Origin: an uncultured Bacteriovoracaceae bacterium | Lineage (GTDB): Bacteria > Desulfobacterota > Desulfomonilia > UBA1062 | Direction of reading: 5' to 3' | Length of the DNA: 64,000 bases | Assembly: GCA_964400685.1 (NCBI GenBank) | Contig: CAYNVT010000002.1 | Location: 25,870-89,869, forward strand | Part shown: piece by piece, positions 10,190-20,192 of the stretch | Layout: every line of letters starts with the position of its first letter | Position numbering within the stretch: the stretch's first letter is position 1 | The notes under the pieces: model-generated | Databases searched by the model: none | Told to the model about the DNA's origin: nothing | What the model saw: only the letters and a program-made list of their open reading frames with translations | Program-made: the position numbers and the translations under genes

Positions 10190-10528
10190 ATGGGTGGTCT
10201 TTCTAACGCACTCTGGCTATGGCTCCCGGTACTTATATATAAAATTATTGCGGCAATCTTCAGGACCATATGGAAATTCAACCTTTGGATTCTTCAGACG
10301 ATCAGTGGAGTACCCTTGTATTATTGCAGGCCTGAGTACCGTTTACCGGCGATTTTTTTAGGGACGTTAGGGTTGTTATTTGCGTTAAGCTGTCTATCAA
10401 TAATCCTGACATTGGGTTCCGTATCGAATTACAATGCTGAAAACATAAGCCAATTATTTGTATTTTGCATTGTTGGGCTTGGACTGCTGGTATTATGCAG
10501 AGTCCTAATAAGAAGAGGATCAATTTAA
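10190..10528 (+). CDS. small integral membrane protein (112 aa)
   Basis: RBS AAGGAGGaatgaATG. Three hydrophobic segments. Confidence 0.5.
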   Translation: MGGLSNALWLWLPVLIYKIIAAIFRTIWKFNLWILQTISGVPLYYCRPEYRLPAIFLGTLGLLFALSCLSIILTLGSVSNYNAENISQLFVFCIVGLGLLVLCRVLIRRGSI

Positions 10529-10530
10529 AA

Positions 10531-11196
10531 ATGAAAATAAAATATAAGAACACAAATTATAATATTCAATTTGGAATGGGACAACCATTGACAATGGGTG
10601 TTACGATAATAGGTGGAATATCGATCGTACTATATATCCTGACCCAGACGAAGAGAGATATCCTTTACCCTTTGTTAGGATTCATCCCGTCCAATGTCTT
10701 TGGAAAACTCATGGTCTGGCAGTTTGTAACGGCTAATTTTATGCACATTAATCTGACACATTTAATCTTTAATATGTTCGGGCTTTACATGTTCGGCTGT
10801 CCTGTTGAAAAGAAGATGGGGCAAATTGAATTTATCAAATATTTTCTTTTCTGTGGAATTGGGGGCTATTTGCTTGCATTTATTCTATGGCTCATCGGAT
10901 TAAGTCCGAATCATCTTATTATCGGAGCTTCAGCCGGAATTTATGGCTTATTGTTAGCATTTTCTCTTTTGTATCCTAATCAGAAGATATTGCTTTTCTT
11001 TGTCATTCCTATGCAGGCAAAATGGTTGGCTGTAATCTTCGGAGGATTAGAATTTTTCCTTATGTTCAGAAGTGATGGCATCAGCCACATCGGACATCTT
11101 GGGGGATTATTGGCAGGCTTAGGTTATTTTATGTATATGAAGAAAATAGACTATGATGATGAGGAGGATAATGATGAGGAGGAGAGCGATTCATAA
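10531..11196 (+). CDS. rhomboid-family intramembrane serine protease
   Basis: GASAGIYGLL (GxSG catalytic Ser) and HIGHLGGLLAG (catalytic His helix). Multiple TM segments. Start placed at the ATG after the upstream gene's stop; the track ORF extends further in-frame. Confidence 0.7.
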   Translation: MKIKYKNTNYNIQFGMGQPLTMGVTIIGGISIVLYILTQTKRDILYPLLGFIPSNVFGKLMVWQFVTANFMHINLTHLIFNMFGLYMFGCPVEKKMGQIEFIKYFLFCGIGGYLLAFILWLIGLSPNHLIIGASAGIYGLLLAFSLLYPNQKILLFFVIPMQAKWLAVIFGGLEFFLMFRSDGISHIGHLGGLLAGLGYFMYMKKIDYDDEEDNDEEESDS

Positions 11197-11487
11197 GATA
11201 TTATCTTAACAGGATAAACCTAAAAACGACTTTATTAGCGATAACCTATATGAATTTAGCATGCTATACAATTTATGATTTTAAAGTAATAAGTGAAAGG
11301 ATAAAACTAATAAAAACGTTTTATTCATGCCTGTTTAAAGAGGTATTCTTAAAGAGAAATTCTTTGGAAGGTTTTTTAAACAAGATCAATAAATTAATTG
11401 AGTTAGAGTTAATGTCTGTTTATTCAAACTGTTTAATAACTCCAGTATGGGGTTCAAATGAATTAAATTGAACACAAGGAGATATCA

Positions 11488-13821
11488 ATGGGAGGAATTG
11501 ATCTTGGCTGGAGTGGTAAACAGGATAATCCCAAACTGCGCCAGCAGATGACCGAAGAACTGGTTATTCTCTGCAAAGATATGGGCTGGGAGCATGAGGT
11601 CTTATCTCCACGGCAGACATTCACAACCATAGTAGAACCCCCTTACTGGTACATGATGCAACATAACAATCCCATGTATTCAGGTAACCCTGAAACAAAT
11701 TCTCCATCAGATCAAATAGAGCACAAATTTATTGGTGAGAAGGATATTACTGAATACGTTTATAAAATCCCGAATCCCTTGAAAGGGAAGATATTTGAGG
11801 TCGCACGTGAAGGAGTGATTATTTATCCCTATGGGACGGAACCCGATTTTATAACTGAATGCTCCTTTGCATTTATTCTTGGAAAAAATTTACCTTTCAA
11901 ATTGCAGAACAATATCGCCACCCAACCAGAAAGGTTTCATGATGGTGAAAAAAGAAATGATCATTTTATTCTTCATGGTGATGCACGAATGAACAGCAAT
12001 GCTGCATATGGCCTTTGCAAACTTATGACTATTATCAAGCGTTTATGGGTACCTGGTCTCACTTTTGATGCAGAAGGTATAGATGAGCAAGCAAAGAGCA
12101 TAGCAGAAAATTTTGGGATGTTCCTCACATCAGGCAAACAAGTGCTTGCACTTTTGAGGAGTAGTAAATTCAGGGATCAATTGGCCAAGTTAACATCATT
12201 TGCCGAGACTAGAATGAATGTGGGCAATTATCCGAAATTCTGGGACCGTTATTGTAGTTTCATTAAACACGTAGGGGATGCTCCTATCCCTGATCTGGAA
12301 GCTCTCACGGCCATGATGAATAACAAGTATGCCAATAAATGGCTGAAGGTTAGTATTGCCGCTTTGCTATTCACTCCCGGTAATGTCCATGAGTTCTTGC
12401 GGAATCATGATATCCGCGATCTGGGCACCCTCTGTGAAAGGGGCAAAGATATCCTGATGTGCCCTTATCCACCCAGTGTTGAAGATATGGGTAAGAATGA
12501 AATTGATGTTAACCTCCGTAAGGCACTCTGGTTCCTTGCAGATCCACAAACCGACATCGATGAAAATGAAATTATTGGATTTGTAGAAAACATCCCTGAA
12601 ACATCCCCAAAAACTTCACCTGTCGCTGCCAAGGAAAAAGTATCTGATCCGGTACCACATATAATCTGGAACGATACTGAACATTATGAGGCTATCTTAT
12701 CGGATATTTCATGTCAGATGAATGCCATGAATCCAAAGAACATCATGCAGTTCTTCAACAGTATAGATAAAATTGATTTCTCCATGGACGTGAGCCATAA
12801 GGTAATCTGGCATGACGGAATAGCTATTGCAGTTAAAAACCTGGATGCGATCTTCTTTTATAATATATGTGATCTTTGGGCTGGTTTGCCGGTTGTGGAG
12901 CAGATGTTTCAGGTTGACCCCGAACCTATATACAGTACCAGGGATGATTTTATAGAAACATTCATGCCATTGTTATATACGAGTAAGGATGAGATAATCA
13001 TAACTGGTTGCGGAAAGGAATTACGTTCAGAATTATTCAGATCTGTAATCTCTGAATGGAATATTGAATATAGGGAACCTCCTGAAGAAGCATGGAAGGT
13101 CAGCTACTGGATCAAGGAAAAGCATAGGGATTGGTATTTTTGGAAAGGACTTCTTATAAATGTGCAGGAACATGTGGGCGAAGACAAAAGTTCCATACAA
13201 ATGAGTGTTTGCCCTTTCACTGTATATCCGGAGATCATTAAATATATTCACGGATGGAAATATTTCTTCAGATTCTCTGAGTTATGCAATCCATTGAATG
13301 ATTATTTCTCACCGCTTACGACTAATCGTTTAAAGAGACTCGGATTCCAATTTCTGGCAGATCTTGTTCAAGTGTCTTATGAAACAATCATAGAGATGCT
13401 TAAGAAGACTCCGGGTAAAGGTGTGAGGTCAATCGAGGAGATAAGGGATGTATTTGGTAAAAAAGAAGATTTTCAAAATGGACGGATAACCTTTGGGATG
13501 AATCTAAAAGAGGATGTTCTTGGACCTGCATCAGCCTCGCGGTGGTGGCCGATGGCTAATCACAGACTCTGCGCTGATGCCCTCTGCAGGGGATGTATAT
13601 ATAATGAGAAAAGTGAAGACGACAGACGCATCTGTATTCTGCGGAATCAGACAATTCGGAATGAGCATGAAGAATTCTGCCTGTCATTTTGTTTACATGA
13701 AAAGATAAGAAAAAAACCTGATAATAATATTGCTTTAGGTCCAGTTTTTAGAATGTTTGCCTCTGGCACGATCGGTTTCAGACCGTATGATATCCCAGAT
13801 AAAATGAAGGAGGATATATGA
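11488..13821 (+). CDS. hypothetical protein (777 aa), first gene of the TPR-CHAT operon
   Basis: RBS ACAAGGAGAtatcaATG. No recognisable motif. Its stop overlaps the next start (ATGA). Confidence 0.65.
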   Translation: MGGIDLGWSGKQDNPKLRQQMTEELVILCKDMGWEHEVLSPRQTFTTIVEPPYWYMMQHNNPMYSGNPETNSPSDQIEHKFIGEKDITEYVYKIPNPLKGKIFEVAREGVIIYPYGTEPDFITECSFAFILGKNLPFKLQNNIATQPERFHDGEKRNDHFILHGDARMNSNAAYGLCKLMTIIKRLWVPGLTFDAEGIDEQAKSIAENFGMFLTSGKQVLALLRSSKFRDQLAKLTSFAETRMNVGNYPKFWDRYCSFIKHVGDAPIPDLEALTAMMNNKYANKWLKVSIAALLFTPGNVHEFLRNHDIRDLGTLCERGKDILMCPYPPSVEDMGKNEIDVNLRKALWFLADPQTDIDENEIIGFVENIPETSPKTSPVAAKEKVSDPVPHIIWNDTEHYEAILSDISCQMNAMNPKNIMQFFNSIDKIDFSMDVSHKVIWHDGIAIAVKNLDAIFFYNICDLWAGLPVVEQMFQVDPEPIYSTRDDFIETFMPLLYTSKDEIIITGCGKELRSELFRSVISEWNIEYREPPEEAWKVSYWIKEKHRDWYFWKGLLINVQEHVGEDKSSIQMSVCPFTVYPEIIKYIHGWKYFFRFSELCNPLNDYFSPLTTNRLKRLGFQFLADLVQVSYETIIEMLKKTPGKGVRSIEEIRDVFGKKEDFQNGRITFGMNLKEDVLGPASASRWWPMANHRLCADALCRGCIYNEKSEDDRRICILRNQTIRNEHEEFCLSFCLHEKIRKKPDNNIALGPVFRMFASGTIGFRPYDIPDKMKEDI

Positions 13822-14144
13822 ATTATGAGCAAGCCAGTAGATTGCTTGAACAAATCGAGAAGACCTCACTGGTTGAACTGAAACGTGAATTACTTATTAA
13901 AGCGACTGAATACGCCCATATCCGAGCGGAGTATTTCCTGACGGACCTGACAGGGAAAACCGAGATGGAAGACAGGCGCAAAAGAGCTCATAACTCCCTT
14001 ATTGATGCCTGTAATATCCTGAGCAGAAATATGCGCAGATTGGAAGAGGAAAATGACTGGCGGGGGGACCTGGGCGATGACCGCAAGGTCATTGGAGATT
14101 TTGCATGCTATGTTCATTGCATCCTTGGAGTTTCGGCAAGATAA
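13818..14144 (+). CDS. hypothetical helical protein (108 aa)
   Basis: Overlaps upstream gene by 4 nt. Ends 4 nt before the TPR-CHAT gene. Confidence 0.5.
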   Translation: MNYEQASRLLEQIEKTSLVELKRELLIKATEYAHIRAEYFLTDLTGKTEMEDRRKRAHNSLIDACNILSRNMRRLEEENDWRGDLGDDRKVIGDFACYVHCILGVSAR

Positions 14145-14147
14145 TTC

Positions 14148-16859
14148 ATGAGCGATAAAGAGATTATTTTCACTGACGAAGAGATCCAGAACTTGCTGGC
14201 CGGAGATGCCGGTTTCAAAAGGATGCTAAACGGCATGTCCAAAGGCCAGGCTGCAGGTGTAAAAAGCATTATAACGAATCACAAACTTCTGAACATTCTT
14301 ATGAAATTTCTTCCCAAAAATTATAAGTACCAGTTTCAACAGATCTTCGATAAGGGATTGACCAAACCGGACCATGCGGTCAGGTTCTATGAGGAAGGGC
14401 GTTTCTTCGAGGCGAGAGAGATGCTCCTCAAATATATAGAGCTCTTCAATTACACATCCGACACCAAGTGGGGGGCCTTGAATAAGGCTGTGGATTTCTC
14501 TACAAAACGCGCGAGATCATTGTGTTATCACCTTTTGGGCGAGATCGAATGGACTCTGGGAAATGCTGAAAATGCTGGCTATTGCTATGGTTGTTCCCTG
14601 GAGATTGCCAAAGAAATCAATGATGTGGATACGATTGCAAAAGCGCTGCTGGGGTTGGGCATCTACAACGGAGAGAAGGGAGAATATGGCCGGGCATTTG
14701 ATTACTGTCAGACTGCCCTCAAGACCATAGAAGGCTTGCCGGAAGATCCGTGGAGGTTGCGCCAGAAGACTCTGAATGCAATGGGCGTCATGTTAAGTTC
14801 TATCGGAGAGTCTGACGGTGCATGCGAATGCGCCTTGCAGGCGCTTGAAATATGCAGGGAGACAGACGACCGTAGAAACCTGCCGGTATGTCTGAATAAC
14901 TTTGCAATTAGACTGGTTGGTATAGAGGAATATGAAACAGCTTTAAATGTGCTCTATGAAGGTCTTGACATTGCCGAAGAGGAAAACAACCTGTGCATGC
15001 AGGCCCTGATACTGTGTAACCTGGGGGATGTTAAGGGCATGTATAATGGTCCCGATGCAGATGAAACAGTTATGGCAGACATCGAATTATTATATGAAAG
15101 GGCTTTGCAATTGGGTGAAGAAACCGGTTCAAAACCAATACAAGCCTTGGCAATGCGTTCTATTGGTCAACTCAACTGGCGCATGGGTGATTATAATGCT
15201 GCACTTGGCTATTTCGAAGATGCTTTGCAGATATGTCGGCGCATTGGTGCCAGGGCTGACGAAGCAGGGATTCTGCTTGATCTCGGGATGTTCTTAAGGG
15301 ATGGCTTTGATGATATTGAAGGGGCTTGTCAGAGGCTGAGGGAATGCATTGCAATCATAGAAACCATGAGAAGCGGCCTTAAAAGGGAGACCCATCGCAT
15401 AACCTTTGCCCATCAAAGCATTGAACCTTACGCCTTGATAGTGGAAAGTCTGGTGCAGTGCGGTCATATTGAAGAGGCTCTTACCTATGTTGAGAGGTCA
15501 AAATCCAGAGCCATGCTTGATTTGCTCGGCACAAGACTGCAAAAGAATATGCTTCTTAAAAGCGAGAGCCCTGAGTTTGTGCGGGCTTTGACTCTTTTGA
15601 AAGAAATGGATGAACTTCGTATGGCCCTTGATTCGCTCCAACACGATGAGGAAGGCGGCGATGAAAAAAGAGGAGGTCACACGGCATCAGATGCTGAATT
15701 GTCCAATGCCATGATTGATGAACTTATTCTTAAGGAAAAATCATTTGCCGCCGCTTACGCAGCCTTCAGCGCCGTTGATCCGGAGACGGCATCTCTCGTA
15801 GGTGTAGCGCCAGTGATGTTTGACCATCCTGCAGATATGCTGGATGAAGAAACGATCCTGGTAAACCTGTATCAAACAGATAAGGCTTTGTTGATGTTTT
15901 TTGTTGCAGGTGATGCCAACGTTGAATCTTTTACTGTACCCATGTCTGGCCTGGAAGCTGAAGAAATCATTTGGAACCTCACGCTATCAATGCAGGAAAG
16001 CGCTACATATGATGTTCGCGCGCATGCATATATCAGAGAGGTGCAGAGACCTCTGACTGACCTTTATGACAGATTATTCCAGCCGGTTGAAAAGTTGATT
16101 TCAAGATATAAAAGGATAATCATAGCTCCTCATCTCTTCTGGCACTACCTGCCGTTTCATGCCTTGTATGACCGGAAGGGGAAAGCCTTCCTCTGCGACC
16201 GTTTCGAGGTGGGGATTTGCCCCTCCGCTTCCGTGCTTAAGCTTTGTATTGAAAAGAACAGGACCGGCAGGGGCAGCGCATTGATAATGTCACGCGATAA
16301 TGGTGATCTGCCTTATGCAGACCATGAGGCTGATCTGCTGGCAGCCTCCTTTTATCCTGAATGTGCGGTATTCAAGGGACAAGATGCTAATTGGGGGAAC
16401 TTGAGGAGCCGGCCAGAAGGCTATGACATAATCCATCTGGCATGTCATGGTATGTTTGACGGGTCACAACCTTTTCTCTCCGGTATCGATATACCGCCTG
16501 ACGCAGATGAAGCCCGGAGGACATATCTGCTTGATCTGTTCGATATGCACCTGAATTGTACACAGGTGACATTAAGCTCATGTGAATCGGGGATGAACCA
16601 GTTCACATCGGCCGATGAATTGACTGGCCTAAGCAGGGGATTGTTCTATGCAGGTGCGGCTTCGGTTATGTTGAGCCTCTGGAAAGTCGGCGATGAATCC
16701 ACATGCCAGCTTATGGAGAATTATTACTGGCATTTTGCAAAAAACATGCGAACGAAAACACGAGCCTTGCAGCTTGCCATGCAGGCGCTCAAATCACGGC
16801 CTGAATTTGCACATCCCCGATTCTGGGCGCCATTTGTCATAATGGGGGACTGGAGATGA
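14148..16859 (+). CDS. TPR-repeat protein with C-terminal CHAT (caspase-like) protease domain (903 aa)
   Basis: TPR-like helical repeats in the N-terminal half. CHAT His/Cys dyad contexts IIHLACHGMF and VTLSSCESG. Confidence 0.8.
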   Translation: MSDKEIIFTDEEIQNLLAGDAGFKRMLNGMSKGQAAGVKSIITNHKLLNILMKFLPKNYKYQFQQIFDKGLTKPDHAVRFYEEGRFFEAREMLLKYIELFNYTSDTKWGALNKAVDFSTKRARSLCYHLLGEIEWTLGNAENAGYCYGCSLEIAKEINDVDTIAKALLGLGIYNGEKGEYGRAFDYCQTALKTIEGLPEDPWRLRQKTLNAMGVMLSSIGESDGACECALQALEICRETDDRRNLPVCLNNFAIRLVGIEEYETALNVLYEGLDIAEEENNLCMQALILCNLGDVKGMYNGPDADETVMADIELLYERALQLGEETGSKPIQALAMRSIGQLNWRMGDYNAALGYFEDALQICRRIGARADEAGILLDLGMFLRDGFDDIEGACQRLRECIAIIETMRSGLKRETHRITFAHQSIEPYALIVESLVQCGHIEEALTYVERSKSRAMLDLLGTRLQKNMLLKSESPEFVRALTLLKEMDELRMALDSLQHDEEGGDEKRGGHTASDAELSNAMIDELILKEKSFAAAYAAFSAVDPETASLVGVAPVMFDHPADMLDEETILVNLYQTDKALLMFFVAGDANVESFTVPMSGLEAEEIIWNLTLSMQESATYDVRAHAYIREVQRPLTDLYDRLFQPVEKLISRYKRIIIAPHLFWHYLPFHALYDRKGKAFLCDRFEVGICPSASVLKLCIEKNRTGRGSALIMSRDNGDLPYADHEADLLAASFYPECAVFKGQDANWGNLRSRPEGYDIIHLACHGMFDGSQPFLSGIDIPPDADEARRTYLLDLFDMHLNCTQVTLSSCESGMNQFTSADELTGLSRGLFYAGAASVMLSLWKVGDESTCQLMENYYWHFAKNMRTKTRALQLAMQALKSRPEFAHPRFWAPFVIMGDWR

Positions 16860-16932
16860 AAAATAATCCTTCAGAAAGGAGAGCTGTCAGATTTGATCGG
16901 AACTAATACATTTAATGAAATTTCAGTCTATT

Positions 16933-17247
16933 TTAAATGCTTTTTAGTATTGAGGTTCTTGTATTAGCGTACTCTTCTTTTGAAATTAATCCTTTGTTAA
17001 AGAGTTCCTGAAGTTTAGCTAATCTTGCTTCAGGAGTTGATGTTGCATTTTCGCGCCCCCTAGATTTTTCTCCAGCAATCTGCTGTAACATAGATATATT
17101 TTCTCTTGTTGCTTCTATTTGGTCGCTCTGTTCTTCATATGGTTCATCATCAATAATCTCTTGCAATATTTGCCTTTCATTATCAATTTCAATAAGAATC
17201 TCTTCCAATGTTCTTTTTTCCCAGTTTTCATAATAATCACGTCTCAT
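16933..17247 (-). CDS. SHOCT-domain protein (104 aa)
   Basis: C-terminal LAKLQELFNKGLISKEEYANTRTSIL matches the SHOCT motif. Confidence 0.5.
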   Translation of the reverse strand: MRRDYYENWEKRTLEEILIEIDNERQILQEIIDDEPYEEQSDQIEATRENISMLQQIAGEKSRGRENATSTPEARLAKLQELFNKGLISKEEYANTRTSILKSI

Positions 17248-17428
17248 ACTACACTCCTCAAATAATTAATTGTCAGAATCTCAATGCTTTCAAAAACTAT
17301 ATTGCCGCGAAATAATAATGTAAAAATATTAACTCGACAAGTTTACAATATATCCTGTTTCCTTAATATTTAAGAAGCAACAGGAATTAATACCCATCTC
17401 TTAACTAGATAATTTTATTTACCAGTTG

Positions 17429-17956
17429 TCATATTGGATCATTATAGACGTCACACTCATCTTCAAGCCATTCTGACAGGTTTTCTTTAGTAAGTTCGCG
17501 CATTGGCAATCGTGTAACACTGAACCCTGCACTTTTGAGCTTATTGACCATTATGGGGGCCTCAGAAGGATTCATTGAGTGAATGAGAATTGGAACTGAT
17601 CGAGGCACATAATCAATAATTGCATCAACAACGTTCATACCTGACAGCTTCTTTTCATCTGCGCAGACAATTTGTTCCTGCAAATCATGATCAAGCATAA
17701 TTCCTGAATAAGGTGAATCGCCCTGGCGACTTCGATGATCCATTTTAACTACACCGAGAGCTCTTCCTGCTGATGGCGCATGAACAACCCTTATATGTTT
17801 CGGAAGATACGATATCAGGATTCTCGCACGTTCCTGATCATCTTCAACCAGCAAGATCCTTTGAAAAGTGGGATTTTGATGTAAATCCATAATATGTTCA
17901 TAGACGAAATAAATCCAGAAAGTCGACTTCCATTTTTCTACCAATCGTCTTGACAA
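17429..17956 (-). CDS. stand-alone response-regulator receiver (REC)-like protein
   Basis: ILLVEDDQE ... IMLDHDL ... ILIHSMNP spacing is typical of a CheY-like fold. Start may be an internal Met. Confidence 0.5.
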   Translation of the reverse strand: MSRRLVEKWKSTFWIYFVYEHIMDLHQNPTFQRILLVEDDQERARILISYLPKHIRVVHAPSAGRALGVVKMDHRSRQGDSPYSGIMLDHDLQEQIVCADEKKLSGMNVVDAIIDYVPRSVPILIHSMNPSEAPIMVNKLKSAGFSVTRLPMRELTKENLSEWLEDECDVYNDPI

Positions 17957-18057
17957 AATAAAATCTACTTGTTAGCTACCCTTAGAGTTTTGGATTCCAT
18001 TTGATTGGGCATCAATAATTCCATAAAGAGGAGGGTACGCTCTTCGGACAGGAACAT

Positions 18058-19065
18058 ATGCCGCAAAGTCTGAATGTAGAAAAGATGAGATTTCAAGACT
18101 ACCCACGTTTATCCAATGCAGATCTTGTATCCATGTGCATAAACAAAGACCGTGATGCATGGAATGAGTTTTTCCGTCGATATGACCACGAAATTGAAAG
18201 AGCCATCATTAAAACCTTAAGACGAACAAATTATTACGTAGAAAATCAAGACTACTACCAGGATATCGTTTACGAGATAAAAGAGCCTGTTATTGTGAAA
18301 CTTTATCGGGACAAAGGACTTGAGGGCTGTGACCATCCGGAACGGGTAAAGGCATGGTTATGGAAGATTGCAATCAATAAGACTGTGGATTGGTTGAAGC
18401 AACGCAACGCGGTAAAGAACATACCAAAGAGATTTATCGAGGATACGCTGCTTTCTCTATATACACCTCTTAATGAAGATGAAGATATCATTTTGATCGA
18501 TAAAATCGAAGACGATTATGAAAGTGGACAAATAGATCATGATGAAGCCCTAAAAAACATTATCGATGATATTTTAAAACGGATAGAGGAGATTGACAAT
18601 ATCAGGGCATATTGGACACTTAAACTAAGCCTGATTGCCCACATACCGCTTACGGATAAAAATATACTAGCATTGGCAGAATTTAATGGTATGCCTGTGG
18701 AAGATGTACAGAAAAAACTGGTAGAAATTTACAAGTATGTGGATAAAAAGATTCAAAAAAAGGAGAAAAATGAAGCAAAAGCTATCACTCTTGGTTACAG
18801 GATTTTACGTCTCCAAGCTCTGAGTAAAATTGCTGGCAAGGAAGGCTTTTCTCAAAAGCAAACGGAATTAGAGGCTGAGATAATGGCGTGTTCTGTCCAA
18901 CGAAAAGATTGCATTACCCAGAGCCAGATAGTCTGTCGACCTTCAAACATGGACATCGGTCTGTTAGTCGGGTTACCGATAGATAAAGTCAATCAAGTCA
19001 CTAATATTCTCATTCGCATTCGGGATTCTTTGTCCATGAAAGCAGGTTATGTACAGGAGGATTAA
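18058..19065 (+). CDS. sigma-70 family (ECF-like) RNA polymerase sigma factor with extended C-terminus
   Basis: Region 2-like DAWNEFFRRYDHEIERAI and AWLWKIAINKTVDWLKQRN. Confidence 0.55.
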   Translation: MPQSLNVEKMRFQDYPRLSNADLVSMCINKDRDAWNEFFRRYDHEIERAIIKTLRRTNYYVENQDYYQDIVYEIKEPVIVKLYRDKGLEGCDHPERVKAWLWKIAINKTVDWLKQRNAVKNIPKRFIEDTLLSLYTPLNEDEDIILIDKIEDDYESGQIDHDEALKNIIDDILKRIEEIDNIRAYWTLKLSLIAHIPLTDKNILALAEFNGMPVEDVQKKLVEIYKYVDKKIQKKEKNEAKAITLGYRILRLQALSKIAGKEGFSQKQTELEAEIMACSVQRKDCITQSQIVCRPSNMDIGLLVGLPIDKVNQVTNILIRIRDSLSMKAGYVQED

Positions 19066-19138
19066 GACTCTATATAGGGATTCACAAAGATCCCTTGGAT
19101 ATTATTATGTAAAGTATCGTCTATAAGGAGTAGGGATA

Positions 19139-19981
19139 TTGGAAAAAGATAAAAAGATGTTTCTGGAGAGGGTTATACACATGGAAAAGGGATCCCTTAA
19201 ACCAGAAAATATTAGTAAGCCCATTCCAAACTGTGAACGGTTTGTAGAGGATGATTTTGATTCATATGTGAGAGAGAAGATGCCAGTCGCAAATATTGAA
19301 GTTTTTGAGAACCATTGTGTACAATGCATAAATTGCGCTAGACGTCTGATCCAGGCAAGAAAAACTTTGATTAGGGAACGGGAGAAAGTTAAAGCAGAAC
19401 AGGGCTATCAATGGACAATGCATCTACTGGATAGGATAGATCAGGAGAAACTAGCGAATGAACCTGTTAAAAAAGACTTCAGTGCAAATATCATCAGTAT
19501 TATACTAACTGGTATACAGGAAGTTCTTCAAGTGGTTCAAACAACAGGGGATGTTTTGGAGTTGGTGCCGATACAGTCGCGAAGATATCATTCAAAGCCA
19601 ATATCTGTTGGTATGGACACACAGAATAAAGACAATGGTGGAAAGAATATAATAAATGCACAGGAGTATGAAAATCAGTCAGCCATTCAGATCGTACAGG
19701 AATTTGAACAGCCCAGTATATCGGTCCAGTCGACCATCACCAGAGAAGGCACTGAATATCTGCGGGTTGTAGTTTCCGTATACGATAAGGATGTTGATGA
19801 TTTCATATCAGGGTTAGAGATACAAATACACCAGGGTCCGAATCTTGAACACACAACTCTGAGTGATTTAAACGGTGAAGCTAGCTTTCTGCTAAGTGTC
19901 GCGGTGGAGTATAAGATTGATATTATACGTGATAATACGTCTATCGGACGTATCCACTTAGAAATGCAAACACCTGTTTAA
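19139..19981 (+). CDS. putative anti-sigma factor with zf-HC2 zinc finger
   Basis: ENHCVQCINCARRL (H-x3-C-x2-C) near the N-terminus. Lies directly downstream of the sigma factor. TTG start at 19139 or ATG at 19157. Confidence 0.55.
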   Translation: MEKDKKMFLERVIHMEKGSLKPENISKPIPNCERFVEDDFDSYVREKMPVANIEVFENHCVQCINCARRLIQARKTLIREREKVKAEQGYQWTMHLLDRIDQEKLANEPVKKDFSANIISIILTGIQEVLQVVQTTGDVLELVPIQSRRYHSKPISVGMDTQNKDNGGKNIINAQEYENQSAIQIVQEFEQPSISVQSTITREGTEYLRVVVSVYDKDVDDFISGLEIQIHQGPNLEHTTLSDLNGEASFLLSVAVEYKIDIIRDNTSIGRIHLEMQTPV

Positions 19982-20192
19982 TGATGAAATATTTGATGTT
20001 TCATAGAGAAGTTTTCAATTAAAGTTCTCGTATCAGATATAGAAACAATGTGATATCCTTAAAGAGTTATTGGTTGAGGTATATTTAATGGTATTATAGG
20101 AGTGAAACGCTTGTAAACCCATATTACTAATTTACCCATATATGAATAATTATGAAAAAATGTATTCATCCAGCAAATTTTGAGGTGACTTC

